Positions 1 to 12,052 of a stretch of 63,681 bases of DNA are shown piece by piece. Origin of the DNA: Chiloscyllium plagiosum (lineage: Eukaryota). The position numbers were made by a program, and so were the translations under genes. A model generated the notes under the pieces. The model made no database searches, was not told where the DNA came from, and saw only the letters and a list, made by a program, of their open reading frames with translations. Every line of letters begins with the position of its first letter. The first letter of the stretch is position 1. The stretch is taken from contig NC_057718.1 of NCBI RefSeq assembly GCF_004010195.1, forward strand, positions 65,969,089 through 66,032,769, written 5' to 3'.

Positions 1-790
1 AGGGGTATACCCGAAACCGCCCCCCCCCCCCCCTGCTCAGATAGTCTCTCCAACATTATCCTGTGCAGGGTAAAGATGAAACTTGTCAAAATGTTGCAGT
101 AAAAATTTGTGTGTGTTTGCAATGTAGAGACCCACACCCCCACCACCTCCAAAGGCAGCACCAGTCTTACTATTGGTGTCCAGTCCGGCTGCCGGGGATG
201 TGGATCGGGGTGGCGGTCTTGGGAGTGGGGCGGGTCTGGGGGTCGGACGGGGTTAGATTGGGCAGGTTGATGAGGTCATTGGGGCGTGGTTGCGGGGTTC
301 GTGTGGCAGACTAGGTGGTACTTCAATCAATGCTAACTTGTGTTTTGGTAAATTCATTACTGGAGAGTGGACATTATTGATGAGTTCAGTATTAATTGCA
401 CATGAGAAGATAGTGATGGCCTATTACCCAGTAACAATAAAGGGTCAGTGATTCATGCTTGTATTTACTTTCTTTGCCATGCAATGAATATGCTTTTTCG
501 TTCCTTAGAGGTCACCAAAAAATATTTTCCTGCCTTTTTTCATTTGTCTATTCCAAAATATGCCATCAAGCAAAATAAGCCGAAGTAATTACATGTTTTG
601 TGTTTGAGTTATTAAGTTGTCTTTCAGTTTCACTGAAGTTTTTATTTGAAATCCCTAATCCAATTTCCCAAGTCATATCAGTATTATTGTCAGATCGTTT
701 GGAATATTTTTCTTTGAATAATTTCTCTGCGCTTATCCTTTTTAAAAAAAAAAGGCTTTCTTGATGTGGATATTGTTGGCAAGGCTATAG

Positions 791-1256
791 AAGGATGTTG
801 CCAAGTTGGAGGGTTTGAGCTATAAGCAAATGCTGAATTGTCTAGTGCTGTTTTCCCTGGAGTTTCCGAGGCTGAGGGGTGACCTTATAGAGATTTATAA
901 AATCTTGAGGGGTATTGATAGGGAAAATAGGCAAGGTCTTTTCCCTGGGGTGGGGGAGGCCAGAACTAGAGGGCATCGGTTTAGGGTGACAGGGAAAAGA
1001 TTTAAAAGGGACTTAAGGGGCAACTTCTTCACGCAAATGGTGGTGCATGTATGGAATGAGCTGCCAGTGGAAGTGATGGAGGCTGGTAGAATTAAAACGT
1101 TGAAAAGGCATCTCGATGGGTATATGAATAGGAAGAGTTTAGAGGGATTTGGGCCAAGTGCTATCAATTGGGATTAGTTTAATTTACGATATCTGGTCGG
1201 CATGGACGAGTTGCATTGAAGGGTTTGTACCTGTGCTGCACAACTCTCTGACTCTA
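791..1256 (+). mobile_element. CR1-clade (HER1-like) LINE 3' fragment
   Basis: ORF 806-1177 reads LRGDLIEIYKIL...RTRGH...FFTQMVVHVWNELP, a typical CR1 ORF2 C-terminus followed by a 3' tail. Confidence 0.85.
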
Positions 1257-1520
1257 ATTTGTTGCCATCACTAATTGCCATTGAACTGGGGGCTTGCTAG
1301 GCCTTTCCTGAGGGCGATTAAATGTCCAACACATTACTATGTGTTTGCAGTCACATGTATAATCACATATTACGGCTGATTTTCTTCCTTGGAAGATACA
1401 TTCAAAATATTTGAAGAAAGAGATAATGAATGTCAATAGCTTTGTATTGTAAAGGTATGCTTTTTAGATAGCTACTGTGACAAAAAGGGCACCGACGCCA
1501 TTAATGTAAAAAATGGCGTT

Positions 1521-1830
1521 AGAACATAGAAAAGTACAGCACAGAACAAGCCCTTTGGCCCATGATGTTGTGCCAAGGATTAATCCTAATGTAAAATATA
1601 ATAACCTACGCATCCCTCAATTCACTGCTATCCATGTGCATGTCCAGCAGTCGCTTAAATGTCCCTAATGACTCTGCTTCCACCACCACCGCTGGCAACG
1701 CATTCCATGCATTCACAACTCTCTGCATAAAGAACCTTCCTCTGATGTACCCTCTATACCTTTCTCCTAACATCTTAAAACTATGAAGCCTCGTGCCAAT
1801 CAGTCCTGCCCTGGGGAAAAGTCTCTGGCT
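1521..1830 (-). mobile_element. CR1-clade LINE 3' fragment
   Basis: FFMQRVVNAWNALP...FKRLLDMHM, with a ttctatgttcta tail. Confidence 0.85.
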
Positions 1831-2375
1831 AAATAGCAAGGTTGGATCAGATGGAATACAAGGAGAACGAGCTGTTTGAATACAGAACTGGCTCGAAGGT
1901 AGAAGATCTTGGTGGTGGTGGGGGAGGGTTGCTTTTCAGGCTGGAGGCCTGTGTCCAGTGGTGTGCTGCAAGGATTGCTGCTGGGTCCATCGCTTCTCGT
2001 CATTTATATAAATGATTTGGATGTGAACATAGTAGTTTTGTTTACTAAGTTTGCAGATGATGCCAAAATTGGAGGTGTAGTGGACAGTGAAAAAAGTTAT
2101 CTCAGATTACAACGGCATCTTGATCAGATGGGCCAATGGGCTGAGGAGTGGCAGATGGAGTTTAACTTAGATAAATGCGAGATGCTGTATTTTGATAAAG
2201 CAAATGAGGGCAGGACTTATACACTGGGGAGTGTTGCTGAACAAAGAGACCTTGGACTGCAGGTTCATTGTTCCTTGAAAGTGAAAGTGAAATTGCAGGT
2301 AGGTAAGATAATGAAGAAGGTTTTTGGTATGCTTGCCTTCATTGGTCAGTGCATTTGAATCTAGGAGTTGAGAGG
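1830..2375 (+). mobile_element. CR1-clade LINE RT fragment
   Basis: SGVLQGLLLGP...YINDLD...KFADDAKIG...WQMEFNLDKC. Confidence 0.85.
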
Positions 2376-2822
2376 CCATATTATGGGTGGTGTGCTAACT
2401 GAACCAACAGTTACTTCTCATCTTATTGCTTTTGTAAAGTTGGTAGTGAGCTGTTGTTTTGTGCTGCTATATTCCACCTGGTGCAGAATTGTTGCAGGAT
2501 TTTCACCCACAAACAGTAAAGGAAGTCTAGTATTGTTCTAAGACTTTGTCTGACTTGGAGGGGATCTTGCATGTGTTGGTGTTCCCATGTATCTGCAGTC
2601 CTTGTACATTAGGTGATAGAGATTGCAGGTCTGGAAAGTGCTGTTGAAGGAGCCTGGGTGAGTTGCTGTGATTCGTCTTGCATAGTTGTGCATTGGTAGT
2701 GGAGGGAGCAAATGGTATTTCTGATTCATTTGTGGGATCTTGGCATCACTGGCTGTGGTACCAATTATTAACCATCCCTAAGTACTCAATTAAGAATCAA
2801 CCACATTGTTGTGGATCAGGTG

Positions 2823-2910
2823 AAGAAGGGCTTATACCCAAAACGTCAATTCTCCTGCTCCTTGGATGCTGCCTGACCTGCTGTGCTTTTCCAGCAACAC
2901 ATTTTTCACC
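2823..2910 (+). mobile_element. Single Neptune-type PLE terminus fragment
   Basis: aagggcttatacccaaaacgtcaattctcctgctcc... flanked by direct repeat atcaggtg (2815-2822 and 2911-2918). Confidence 0.7.
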
Positions 2911-4787
2911 ATCAGGTGTAACGTGTAGACCAAACAAATTAAAAATGACATCTAGGCACAGTGGTAGTATCCCTGCCCTGAACCAGGGAGACCCGAGTTC
3001 AAGTCCCACCTGATCCAGAGGTGTGTAATAACATCGGCGAACAGGTTGAATAGGAAAATAGGTTAATAAAAATAAAATTGATGGAAATCCTTCCCTAAAG
3101 TATATTAGTGAAGTAGATCGGTTTTTATAACAGTCAGCAGTGGTCACATGGTAGGCTAACTTTTTATTGAATCCTGATTTTTTTCATTTGCCATGGTGAG
3201 ATTTGAGCCCTTGACCCCAGAGCCTTACCTTGGGATTAAAGGTTACTAGTCGTGTGACATTATCAAAACACTGCCACCTTCCACTCCAGTGAGCTGCTTT
3301 GTTCTGGTTGGCAATGAGCATGTTGAATATTATTAAATTGTACTTATCTAAGTAATTGGGGAGTATTTAATCACACTCCTGACTTGTTCTTTGTAAATAG
3401 TGGGCAGGCTTTGCAAAATCAGGAGATGACCCATATGTAGAATTATGGATTGAGTGCAGAACTGAAAGCAGCATTTGGCTATTATTTGGAGGTGCGGGTG
3501 TTGGACCCGGTTATAGTCCCAACAGGTTTATTTGGAAGCAATAGCATTTGGAGCATTGCTTGTGGAGTATAAGATTGTAAGACAGAATTTATAGCCATTG
3601 TGGCTCTGTCAGGTCCTTGCAAGTGTATCACAGCGAACACTAGTGTCCAGTCGTAATTATACTCACTGCAGAATTCCCAGATACTGACCTACTCTTATAG
3701 TCACAATCTTATAAAACTGATTCAAATATTTAGATGACACTTGGGGGATTTGGACTTTTGAAGAAACTGAATTAGAAGAATTCACTTGTGTCCTCAATAA
3801 TTATTACCTGTCCATTAAACTTAAAGCCACACCACGTATGGAATACTAATTTCCTTGGCATCATTGTATTTCAGTTGGCACAAGGGAAATAAGCTTAAAT
3901 CAAAATTTTATTTAAAAAACATGCATTTCTACACACAGTAAATCTTTATGTTGCTGAGGATGCAATTAATTTATCATATGTGCAGAAAGTTAGCAGTTTT
4001 TTAATTACATATTGGATTGTAGTACTTTGAGAAAGCAGCTCACCACTACCTACTCAAGTACAACTAGAAATAGACAATAAATGTTGGCCTAGCCAACTCT
4101 CATGAATGAATAAAGAAAAATGAAATAAGACAGAGGGCATGCAAAAAGATTCCTCAGCAAATTGTGTTCATTTTTTTAAGAGAATTAATTAAGCTACCTT
4201 TGGCAAATTGAGTTAACGCCAAGATTGGTTTGCTTACAACATCTTGCACAATGACCCAATAAAGAAACAAAATGAAGAATCATTTTGAAAAGTTAAAAAC
4301 TGAGTCAGTTTACTGAGTCAATATAACATAACATCAATTTTTAAAAGTGGCGTGATCCTAAAGTGTTCATTAGCCATCAGCAGATCAGATTTAGAATGCA
4401 AACCAAACCATTTAAAAAAAAATATTCTTTCCACCTTTCTTTGGTTTTTTTTCTTCCTCTCCTCACCACCTCACACATGCCATGTGTTGCCCTACATTCT
4501 CTTCCTCCCTTGTTTTCTCATTTTCCCAGTACTGCATGTCAAATGATTTGTGGAAGTTAAATGCAGGTAGTCCCTGGATTGCAAATGGTTCCATTCTTGA
4601 GTCTGTCCACAGATCGATTAGTGTGTAAGTAGGAACACTATGCAGGACAATATAATATACCCATTTGTAAGTACAGGAAATGTTCATATGTTGGATTTTT
4701 GAAATTAAACCCTTGTATGGGATCACATACGTTTTGGATGTAGATTTGCTTGCTGAGCTGGAAGGTTCATTTCCAGACGTTTCGTTA

Positions 4788-4996
4788 GGAGAAAGTGAGG
4801 ACTGCAGATGCTGGAGATCAGAGCTTAAAAATGTGTTGCTTGAAAAGCACAGCAGGTCAGGCAGCATCAAAGGAACAGGAGAATCGACGGTTTGGGCATA
4901 AGCCCTTCATCAGGATTTCCTGAAAAAGGGCTTATGCCCAAAACGTCGATTCTCCTGTTCCTTTGATGCTGCCTGACCTGCTGCGTTTTTCCAGCA
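4788..4996. mobile_element. Fold-back (hairpin) mini-element made of two inverted Neptune-type PLE termini
   Basis: Inverted arms centred near 4916. Flanked by 14-bp direct repeat cagacgtttcgtta (4774-4787 and 4995-5008). Confidence 0.85.
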
Positions 4997-5033
4997 GACG
5001 TTTCGTTACCCTACTAGGTAACATCTTCAGTGG
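4995..5033 (-). ncRNA. Minimal type I hammerhead ribozyme motif (Poseidon-type PLE terminus)
   Basis: Minus strand reads CCA-CUGAAGA-U-GUUACC(UAGUAG)GGUAAC-GAAA-C-GUC-UG. The core is intact and stem II has 6 perfect pairs. Before the nested insertion, stem I was CCA/UGG. Confidence 0.8.
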
Positions 5034-5034
5034 T

Positions 5035-5850
5035 AAAAAACAATGACTGCAGATGCTGGAAACCAGATTTTGGATTAGTGGTGCTGGAAGAGCACAGCAG
5101 TTCAGGCAGCATCCGAGGAGCAGCAAAATCGATGTTTCGGGCAAAAACCCTTCATCAGGAATAAAGGCAGAGAGCCTGAAGCGTGGAGAGATAAGCAAGA
5201 GGAGGGTGGGGTGGGGAGAAAGTAGCATGGAGTACAATAGTGAGTGGGGAAGGGGATGAAGGTGATAGGTCAGGGAGGAGGGTGCAGTGGATAGGTGGAA
5301 AAGAAGATAGGCAGGTAGGACAAGTCATGGGGACAGTGCTGAGCTGGAAGTTTGGAACTAGGGTGAGGTGGGGGAAAGGGAAATGAGGAAACTGTTGAAG
5401 TCCTGGGGTTGAAGTGTTCCGAGGTGGAAGATGAGGCGTTCTTCCTCCAGGTGTCTGGTGGTGAGGGAGCGGCGGTGAAAGAGGCCCAGGACCTCCATGT
5501 CCTCGGCAGAGTGGGAGGGGGAGTTGAAATGTTGGGCCACGGGGCGGTGTGGTTGATTAGTGCGGGTGTCCCGGAGATGTTCCCTAAAGCGCTCTGCTAG
5601 GAGGCATCCCAGTCTCCCCAATGTAGAGGAGACCGCATCGGGAGGAACGGATGCAATAAATGATATTAGTGGATGGGAAGGTAAAACTTTGATAGATGTG
5701 GAAGGCTCCTTTAGGGCCTTGGATGGAGGTGAGGGAGGAGGTGTGGGCGCAGGTTTTGCAGTTCCTGTGGTGGCAGGGGAAGGTGCCAGGATGGGAGGGT
5801 GGGTTGTAGGGGGGTGTGGACCTGACCAGGTAGTCACGGAGGGAACGGTC
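5035..5850 (-). mobile_element. 5'-truncated Neptune-type PLE (Cys-rich linker, GIY-YIG, 3' terminal repeat)
   Basis: Minus-strand frames give LLAERFREHLRD...VAQHFNSPSHSAEDM and EEERLIFHLGTLQP. Homologous to the copies at 10722-12052 and 16440-17596. Confidence 0.85.
5129..5160 (-). ncRNA. Minimal hammerhead motif (Neptune-type terminus)
   Basis: Minus strand UC-CUGAUGA-A-GGGU(UUUU)GCCC-GAAA-C-AUC-GA. The core is intact but stem I is only about 2 bp. Confidence 0.7.
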
Positions 5851-7773
5851 GAAGCATTGCTGAAAATTCCTGCTTTCTATTTATATGTTTGGGTTTCTTT
5901 GGGTTGATGATGTCATTTCCTGTGGTGATGTTATTTCCTATGGTAAAGTCACTTCCTATTCCTTTTTTCTCAGGGGGTGGTATATGGGGTCTAACTCGAT
6001 ATGTTTGTTGATAGAGTTCCGGTTAGAATGCCATGCTTCTAGGAATTCTTGTGCGTGTCTTTGTTTGGCTTGTCCTAGGATGGATGTGTTGTCCCAGTCG
6101 AAGTCATGTCCTACCTTATCTGTATGTGAGGATACTATTGAGAGAGGGACATGTCTTTTTGTGGCTAGTTGGTGTTCATGTATCCTGTCGGGGAGAGTGG
6201 CTAGGGTTTCTGGACATGTTTTGTCTGCTTGTTTGGGTTTGTTGCTGAGAAATTGGCGGACTGTGTTCATTGGGTGCCCATTTTTTAATACGCAGTATAG
6301 GTGATTTTCCTCTGCTCTGCATAGTTTCTCTGTGCTACAGTGTGAGTTGGCTCGTTGAAATAATGTTCTGATGCAGCTTCGTTTGTGGGTGTTGGAATGA
6401 TTGCTTTTTGTAGTTCAATATTTGGTCTGTATGTATTGTTTTCCTGCAGACGCTGGTTTGAAGTTCCCCATTGGCTGTTTGCTCTACTATGACATCTAGG
6501 AATGGCAGTTTGTTGTTGCTTTCCTCCTCTTTGGTGAATTTTATGCCAGTAAGGATATTATTGATGGTCTTGAAGGTTTCCTCTAACTCATTTTGTTTAG
6601 TGATGACAAAGATGTCATCCACGTAGCAGACCCAAAGTTTGGGTTGGATGGTTGGCAGAGCTGTTTGTTCAAGTCTCTGCATTACTGCCTCTGCTAAGAA
6701 CCCTGATATCAGAGATCCCATGGGTGTTCTGTTGGTTTGTCTGTAGGTTTTGTTGTTGAAGGTGAAGTGTCTGATAAGGCATAGGTCCACTAGCTTGATT
6801 GGTCTGCAATTTAGAGCTAGCCTCAGTAATGATGACAGTGAAACCATAATTGATGGTTGTAAAAGTTTATTTGGTTCACTCATGTCCTTTACCTTTCCTT
6901 ACCATCCTTGCTTTACCTGACCCATATGCAGCTCCAGCTCCAAAGTAATTTGGTTGACTCTTAAACTTTTTCTGAAATTGCATAATTAATCACTCATTTG
7001 AAGGGCAGTTAGTGGTGAGTAATAAAATTTGGCTCCCAGCAATGTCGACATTATCATGAAAGAAATGTTGAAAACTACAAAACTATGAAGAAGGCACTGG
7101 AACATTAGATAGCTGGGAAATGTATCTTTTTAAAATGTTCTTGGGTTTGCAAATTCGTAAGAAAACTTTCCACACTCATAGTTTTTTTGGTTTATTTAAA
7201 TATACATAATTCTGATAGTTACAACATTTAATGTATAACTTCAAATTTTTGTGTCATTACTGTTTTTGAAGCTTATTCAAAATTTTTCAAACTTCTGTGG
7301 CAAATCTATTTGATATTTATTTAGTTAATATTTGTTTGTTACCTTTTCATCTCATTTACGAAAAATGCCATTCTCAATTATTCTTCAATGTTGCTTGCTA
7401 CTGAAAATCTTATTATTACTCCATGTTGCATCTAGTGTTTTAAACAATCCAGCACAATAAAATTTGAAGTGGTTAGGATGTGAGAAATCCCTCAGCTTCT
7501 GTTCGCTACAACCACTGTGCATGACATATCTGATTTGGAGTCTTGATGTGTACTGTCCATAACGACTAGTCGACTGATAGTCTTACCTATGTGGTTGCAT
7601 TTTCTACTGGCGTGGTGCTGTCCCAGTTGGGTGTTACTGCTTCAGTAGTAACTGATACTGAATGCTCAGGTTTTAAACATGCAGAAAATAAAGATACCTG
7701 GTGTAAATTAATTTAACAGTGGATGTATTTCAGTCAGTAGTTGTGATTAAAAATTGGCAAATAAAGAGGTCTC

Positions 7774-8029
7774 GAGGAAAGTGAGGACTGCAGATGCTGG
7801 AGGTCAGAGTCGAGAGTGTGGTGCTGGAAGAGCACAGCAGGTCAGGCAGCAGCCGGGGAGCAGGAGAATTGACATTTTGGATATAAGCCCTTCATCAGGA
7901 ATCATTGGACCTTCATCAGCTTATCCCAAAGCGTCAACTCTCCTGCTCCTCGGATGCTGCCTGACCTGTGCTTTTCCAGCACCATACTGTCGACTCTGAT
8001 CTCCAGCATCTGCCGTCCTCACTTTCTCC
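7774..8029. mobile_element. Fold-back mini-element (two full inverted Neptune-type termini)
   Basis: gaaagtgaggactgcagatgctggag at the left is mirrored by ctccagcatctgccgtcctcactttctc at the right. Confidence 0.85.
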
Positions 8030-9581
8030 AAGTATCTTGGGATGTTTTACAAGTAAAAGGCAGTTTACAAATATACGTTGTTGAAATTCCTCTGAAAACA
8101 AAAAATCTGTAATGTTCAATATTTCTGGCTTTAAGAATGAGAAGTGAATGTATTATTGATTAATCGTTTGCATCGGTATTTAAGGGGAAAACTTGTAATT
8201 CAGTTAATTTGGGGGCAAGTCTGATTTATAATTACTGCTAATCTGCAATATGGAAATAAAATACATTGTAACTATTCACTTTAATGAATTTAGCCAAATG
8301 AAAGTATTTAGCTAATGTTAAAGCAGATGCATATTTGATGAAATACTGTAGCGTTGTAGGCTCAGTTATTCAGTTGCTTTAGTTTCAAATTCCCTGGCTC
8401 AGCCAGCTGATTCCCATGGGAACACCTCAGCAGCTGCCCCAGAGGCTGCAGCTATCTATTTCTTCAAATTTGTCTCATTGTTGGTCTATTTCTTTCTTCT
8501 TATAGAATACCACGGTGCAGAAAGGGACTATTTAACCCACCAAGTCTGCCCAGCTCTTGTAATAAGCAATCGTATTAATCCCTCTCCCTGGGTCTTTCTT
8601 ATATATTTTTGCAATTTTTATTCTTATTTAAGTACTTAGTAAATTCTTCTTTCTTAATTATTATTGAATCTGTTTCCAGAGTTCTACATTTCAGCTCTAT
8701 TCAGATCCCATTCCTTATATCCTGTATAAATACGCTAACCTTTAATGTTCTCACCTGCTATTGCTCCAAACTGGAAATGTTTTCCCCCGATTTCCACTCT
8801 CCCTTCACCTGCATATTGTTTATCTCCAACTATTGCAATTCTTCCTTGTCTTTTGTCTTCATTTCTTTGGTAAGGCTATCAACTAATGTCCTCTAATAAC
8901 TCATATTGACTTGCACGGTGACCATTGTTACACTTCCTTCCACCTTGGTTTCTGTAAGAGTTCTATTCAGTTTAGCCAATGCCTTATCTCTATTCTGCCA
9001 ATACCAGAACCTTTTATACCAATTGCTTTGATATGTCTTTCCTTTTCTTCTGTGGACTTTCAACCATGGCTAACAAAGTTGCAGGCACTCCAATCCCAGA
9101 TACTGTCACTCTTGCCCCTTTTCAACCTTCTGTAACCACAATTGGATTCCTCTTGTCCTCACCACTAACCCCTCAAAGTCCTGTATTCAACGGACTATCC
9201 TCTGCCATTTCCACAGCCAAGATGTCATCACTGAGCATGTCTATTTTTTTTCCTTAGCAATTTGGCATTCCAAGTAACCCCTCATCTCTTTTTGTAATTT
9301 AGCCCCTCTCGTGCCATTGCAGACATTTCCTTTTTGTTTTTTTTCCCACCAAACTCAATTAAATATCTAATATTTTTCCTTGGTCTGGTGAAATTTATTA
9401 ATCTGAAATATTAACACTTACTTTCTTTCACCATAGAGGGTGCCAGACTTCAGAGCATTTCCAGGCTGATCTTTTGAACTCAGTCTTCATAAATACCAGG
9501 ATCATGTATACCTTGTTAACTATTTTAATGAGTTGTCTTGTTATCTTTAAAAGTGTAATTTTTTTTTCTTTTACTTCACAG

Positions 9582-9626
9582 TTCTACAAACATGTGGTTC
9601 AGAGCGTGGAAAAGTTTATTCAAAGG
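9582..9626 (+). CDS. SCAF8: SCAF8 internal coding exon (probably exon 3), CID domain: FYKHVVQSVEKFIQR
   Basis: Polypyrimidine tract plus CAG acceptor (ttttcttttacttcacag), GTAAGA donor, 45 nt, phase 0/0. Peptide matches the SCAF4/SCAF8 CID segment FYKHVVQSVEKFIQK as I recall it. Confidence 0.95.
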
Positions 9627-10721
9627 GTAAGAGTTTACGATTGTATAAAACTCAATATTGAATTGGATGTTTGTATATTTATGCATTAGTATCTCCTTTT
9701 ACAATTGGAACACCTTTGGTTCTATAATATTTCCATTTTTTGAGGTAACTTTGAGTGTTGAACTGTTAACGTTTTTGTGGGGTTTTTTTGGCCATTGATT
9801 GGTCTTCTAATATTTCTTTTTAATATAATCTATTGATATTACAAGTCTTTCATTGTGTTGGGTCATTTTCACATTTCTGATCTTTATTACTTCAAATTGC
9901 TGAGCATGCTTTATTTTGGACATCATACCGTTTATTATAATCTTCCCGTCTTCCATGCTAACTGCATCAGCATGATGGAGCTGGAGTAGTCTGCATAAAA
10001 GTTTTGAGGTTGAAACAAATTCCATTTGTTTTGGAGCAGTCTTACTCCAGAAAAACTGACCTTTGTATGCTGTGATGGGTGTGTGTATACACAGTGGTTG
10101 TATTACATTACTTGAGATGTTCACATTTAAATCAGGCAGTTGTCAAAACGTTATAGCCATTTCCTATATATAAAATGCCCAGTTATAGTGGACTAGGTAC
10201 ACTATTTGCTTAACAATAGGTGTTTAGTTACAAGTTAAAATTTTGATTTAAAAAATGCTGCTTTGATAAGTGCTACAAAATGCTGAAGCGGTTACCTGTG
10301 ATTACTTAACATTTGAATTTATTCTATTATTTTAGTTCAGTTTATTTCCTACCAGATCTTTATTGGATTAAGAAGGCAGCTCATCACCAACTTCTCTAGG
10401 GCAACTAGGGATGGGCAATAAATGCTGGACAAGCCAGCAACTCCACATCCCATGTTCATTTCTGACTTTGAATTCTCATCAAATGGTTCATTTGTCCTTC
10501 AGCTTCATTCCCAGTATGGTGCTTATCACTAGATTTCTATTTTCGTACTCATGTTAATTCCTTATATGTGGTCCAAATGTTTATGCTTTTAAACTTTACA
10601 GATGATTGGATCTCAGCTGCACAACAGGTGGATAAGAACTCTTGCACCTTAGATAAGAACACTGAGTAGTCACACTCTAGACTTAAACATTTTCTGATCC
10701 CATGGCTAAGGATGATGTACA

Positions 10722-12052
10722 GACGAAAGTGAGGGCTGCAGATGCTGGGGATTAGAGTGGAGAGTGTAGTGCTGGAAAAGCACAGCAGGTTAGGCAGCAT
10801 CCGAGAAGCAGGAAAATCGACGTTTCGGGCAAAAGACCTTCATCAGGAATAAGGCTGGGAGCCTCGGGTGGAGAGTCAAATAGGAGGTTAATGGGCTTGG
10901 GGGGAAGGTAGCTGAGAGTTCAAAAGGTGGATGGAGGTGGGGGTGATGGTGATGGGCCGGAGGGGAGGGTGGAGCGGATAGGTGGGAAGGAAGATGGGCA
11001 GGTCATGAGGGCAGTGCTGAGCTGGAAGGTTGAAACTGGGGATAAGGTGGGACAAGGTGGAATGAGGAAACTGGTGAAATCCACATTGATGCCATGGGAT
11101 TGGAGTGTCCCGAGGTGGGAGATGAGGTGTTCTTTCTCCAGGTGTCGGGTGGTAAGGAAGTGCCAATGGACGAGGCCCAGGACCTGCATGTCCTCGGCAG
11201 AGTGGGAAGGGGAGTTGAAGTATTTGACCACGGGGCGGTGGGGTTGGTTGGTGAGGGTGTCCCGGAGATATTCTCTGGAGCGCTCTGCGAGTAGGTGTCC
11301 TGTCTCCCCAATATAGAGGAGACCGCATCAGGAGCAATGGATACTGTAAATGATGTGTGGACAGGGCAGGTGAAACTTTGATGGATATGGAATGCTCCTT
11401 TGAGGCCTTGGATGGGGGTGGAGCGGGGAGGTGTGGGTGCAGGTTTTGCAATTCCTGTGGTAGCAGGGGAAGGTTCCCAGAGGGGAAGGTGGGTTGTTGG
11501 GGAACGTGGACTTGATGAGGTAGTCGCAGAGGGAACGATCTTTACAGAAAGCGGATGGCGTGGAGAGGGAACTATATCTCTGGTCTTGGGGTCCATTTGT
11601 AGTGGCAGAAAAGGTGGAGGATGATGCAATATATATGGAAGTTGGTTGGGTGGAAGGTGAGAACCAGGGGGTTCTGCCCTTGTTGCAGTTGGAGGGGTGG
11701 GATTCAAGGGTGGAGGTGCAGGAAGTGGATGAGATGTGCTGGAGGGCATCATCAACCACCTGGGAGGGGAAATTGCGGTCTTTTAAAAAAGGAGGCGATC
11801 TGGTGTGTTCTGTGGTGGAACTGGACCTTCTGGGAACAGATGCGGCGGAGGATTTGGGAATAAGGGATGGTGTTTTTACAGGAAGCAGGGTAGGAGAAGG
11901 TGTAGTTCAGGTAGCTGTGGGAGTTATTGGGTTTGTAGAAAATGTCATTGTTGAGTCGGTCATCGTTGATGGAGATAGAGAGGTCCAGGAAGGGGATGGA
12001 GGTGTCGGAGATGGTCCAGGTGAGTTTAAGGTCGGGGTGGAATATGTTGGTG
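10722..12052 (-). mobile_element. 5'-truncated Neptune-type PLE (RT C-terminus, Cys-rich linker, GIY-YIG), frameshifted
   Basis: GTFPCYHRNCKTCTH linker and YFNSPSHSAEDM motif. 3' terminal repeat ends in ...cctcactttcgtc on the minus strand. Confidence 0.88.
10817..10848 (-). ncRNA. Minimal hammerhead motif (Neptune-type terminus)
   Basis: Minus strand UC-CUGAUGA-A-GGUC(UUUU)GCCC-GAAA-C-GUC-GA. Intact core, palindromic ACGU, one mismatch in stem II. Confidence 0.7.

Larger units (their letters stand above)
4730..6800 (-). mobile_element. Penelope-like retroelement (Poseidon/Penelope type), degenerate, interrupted by two nested PLE insertions
   Basis: RT motifs TPMGS.ISG, YVDDIF, IKFTKEEE..NKLPFLDV (ORF 6335-6883). 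GIY-YIG C-terminal part HDFDWDNTSIL...EFLEAWHS (ORF 5956-6270). 3' terminal repeat with hammerhead at 4730-5033. Confidence 0.85.

Noticed and set aside
1521..2375. Twin-priming 5' inversion of a single CR1
   Set aside because: The geometry fits, but about 300 nt of ORF2 is missing between the pieces and I see no TSD. Two separate insertions are equally likely.
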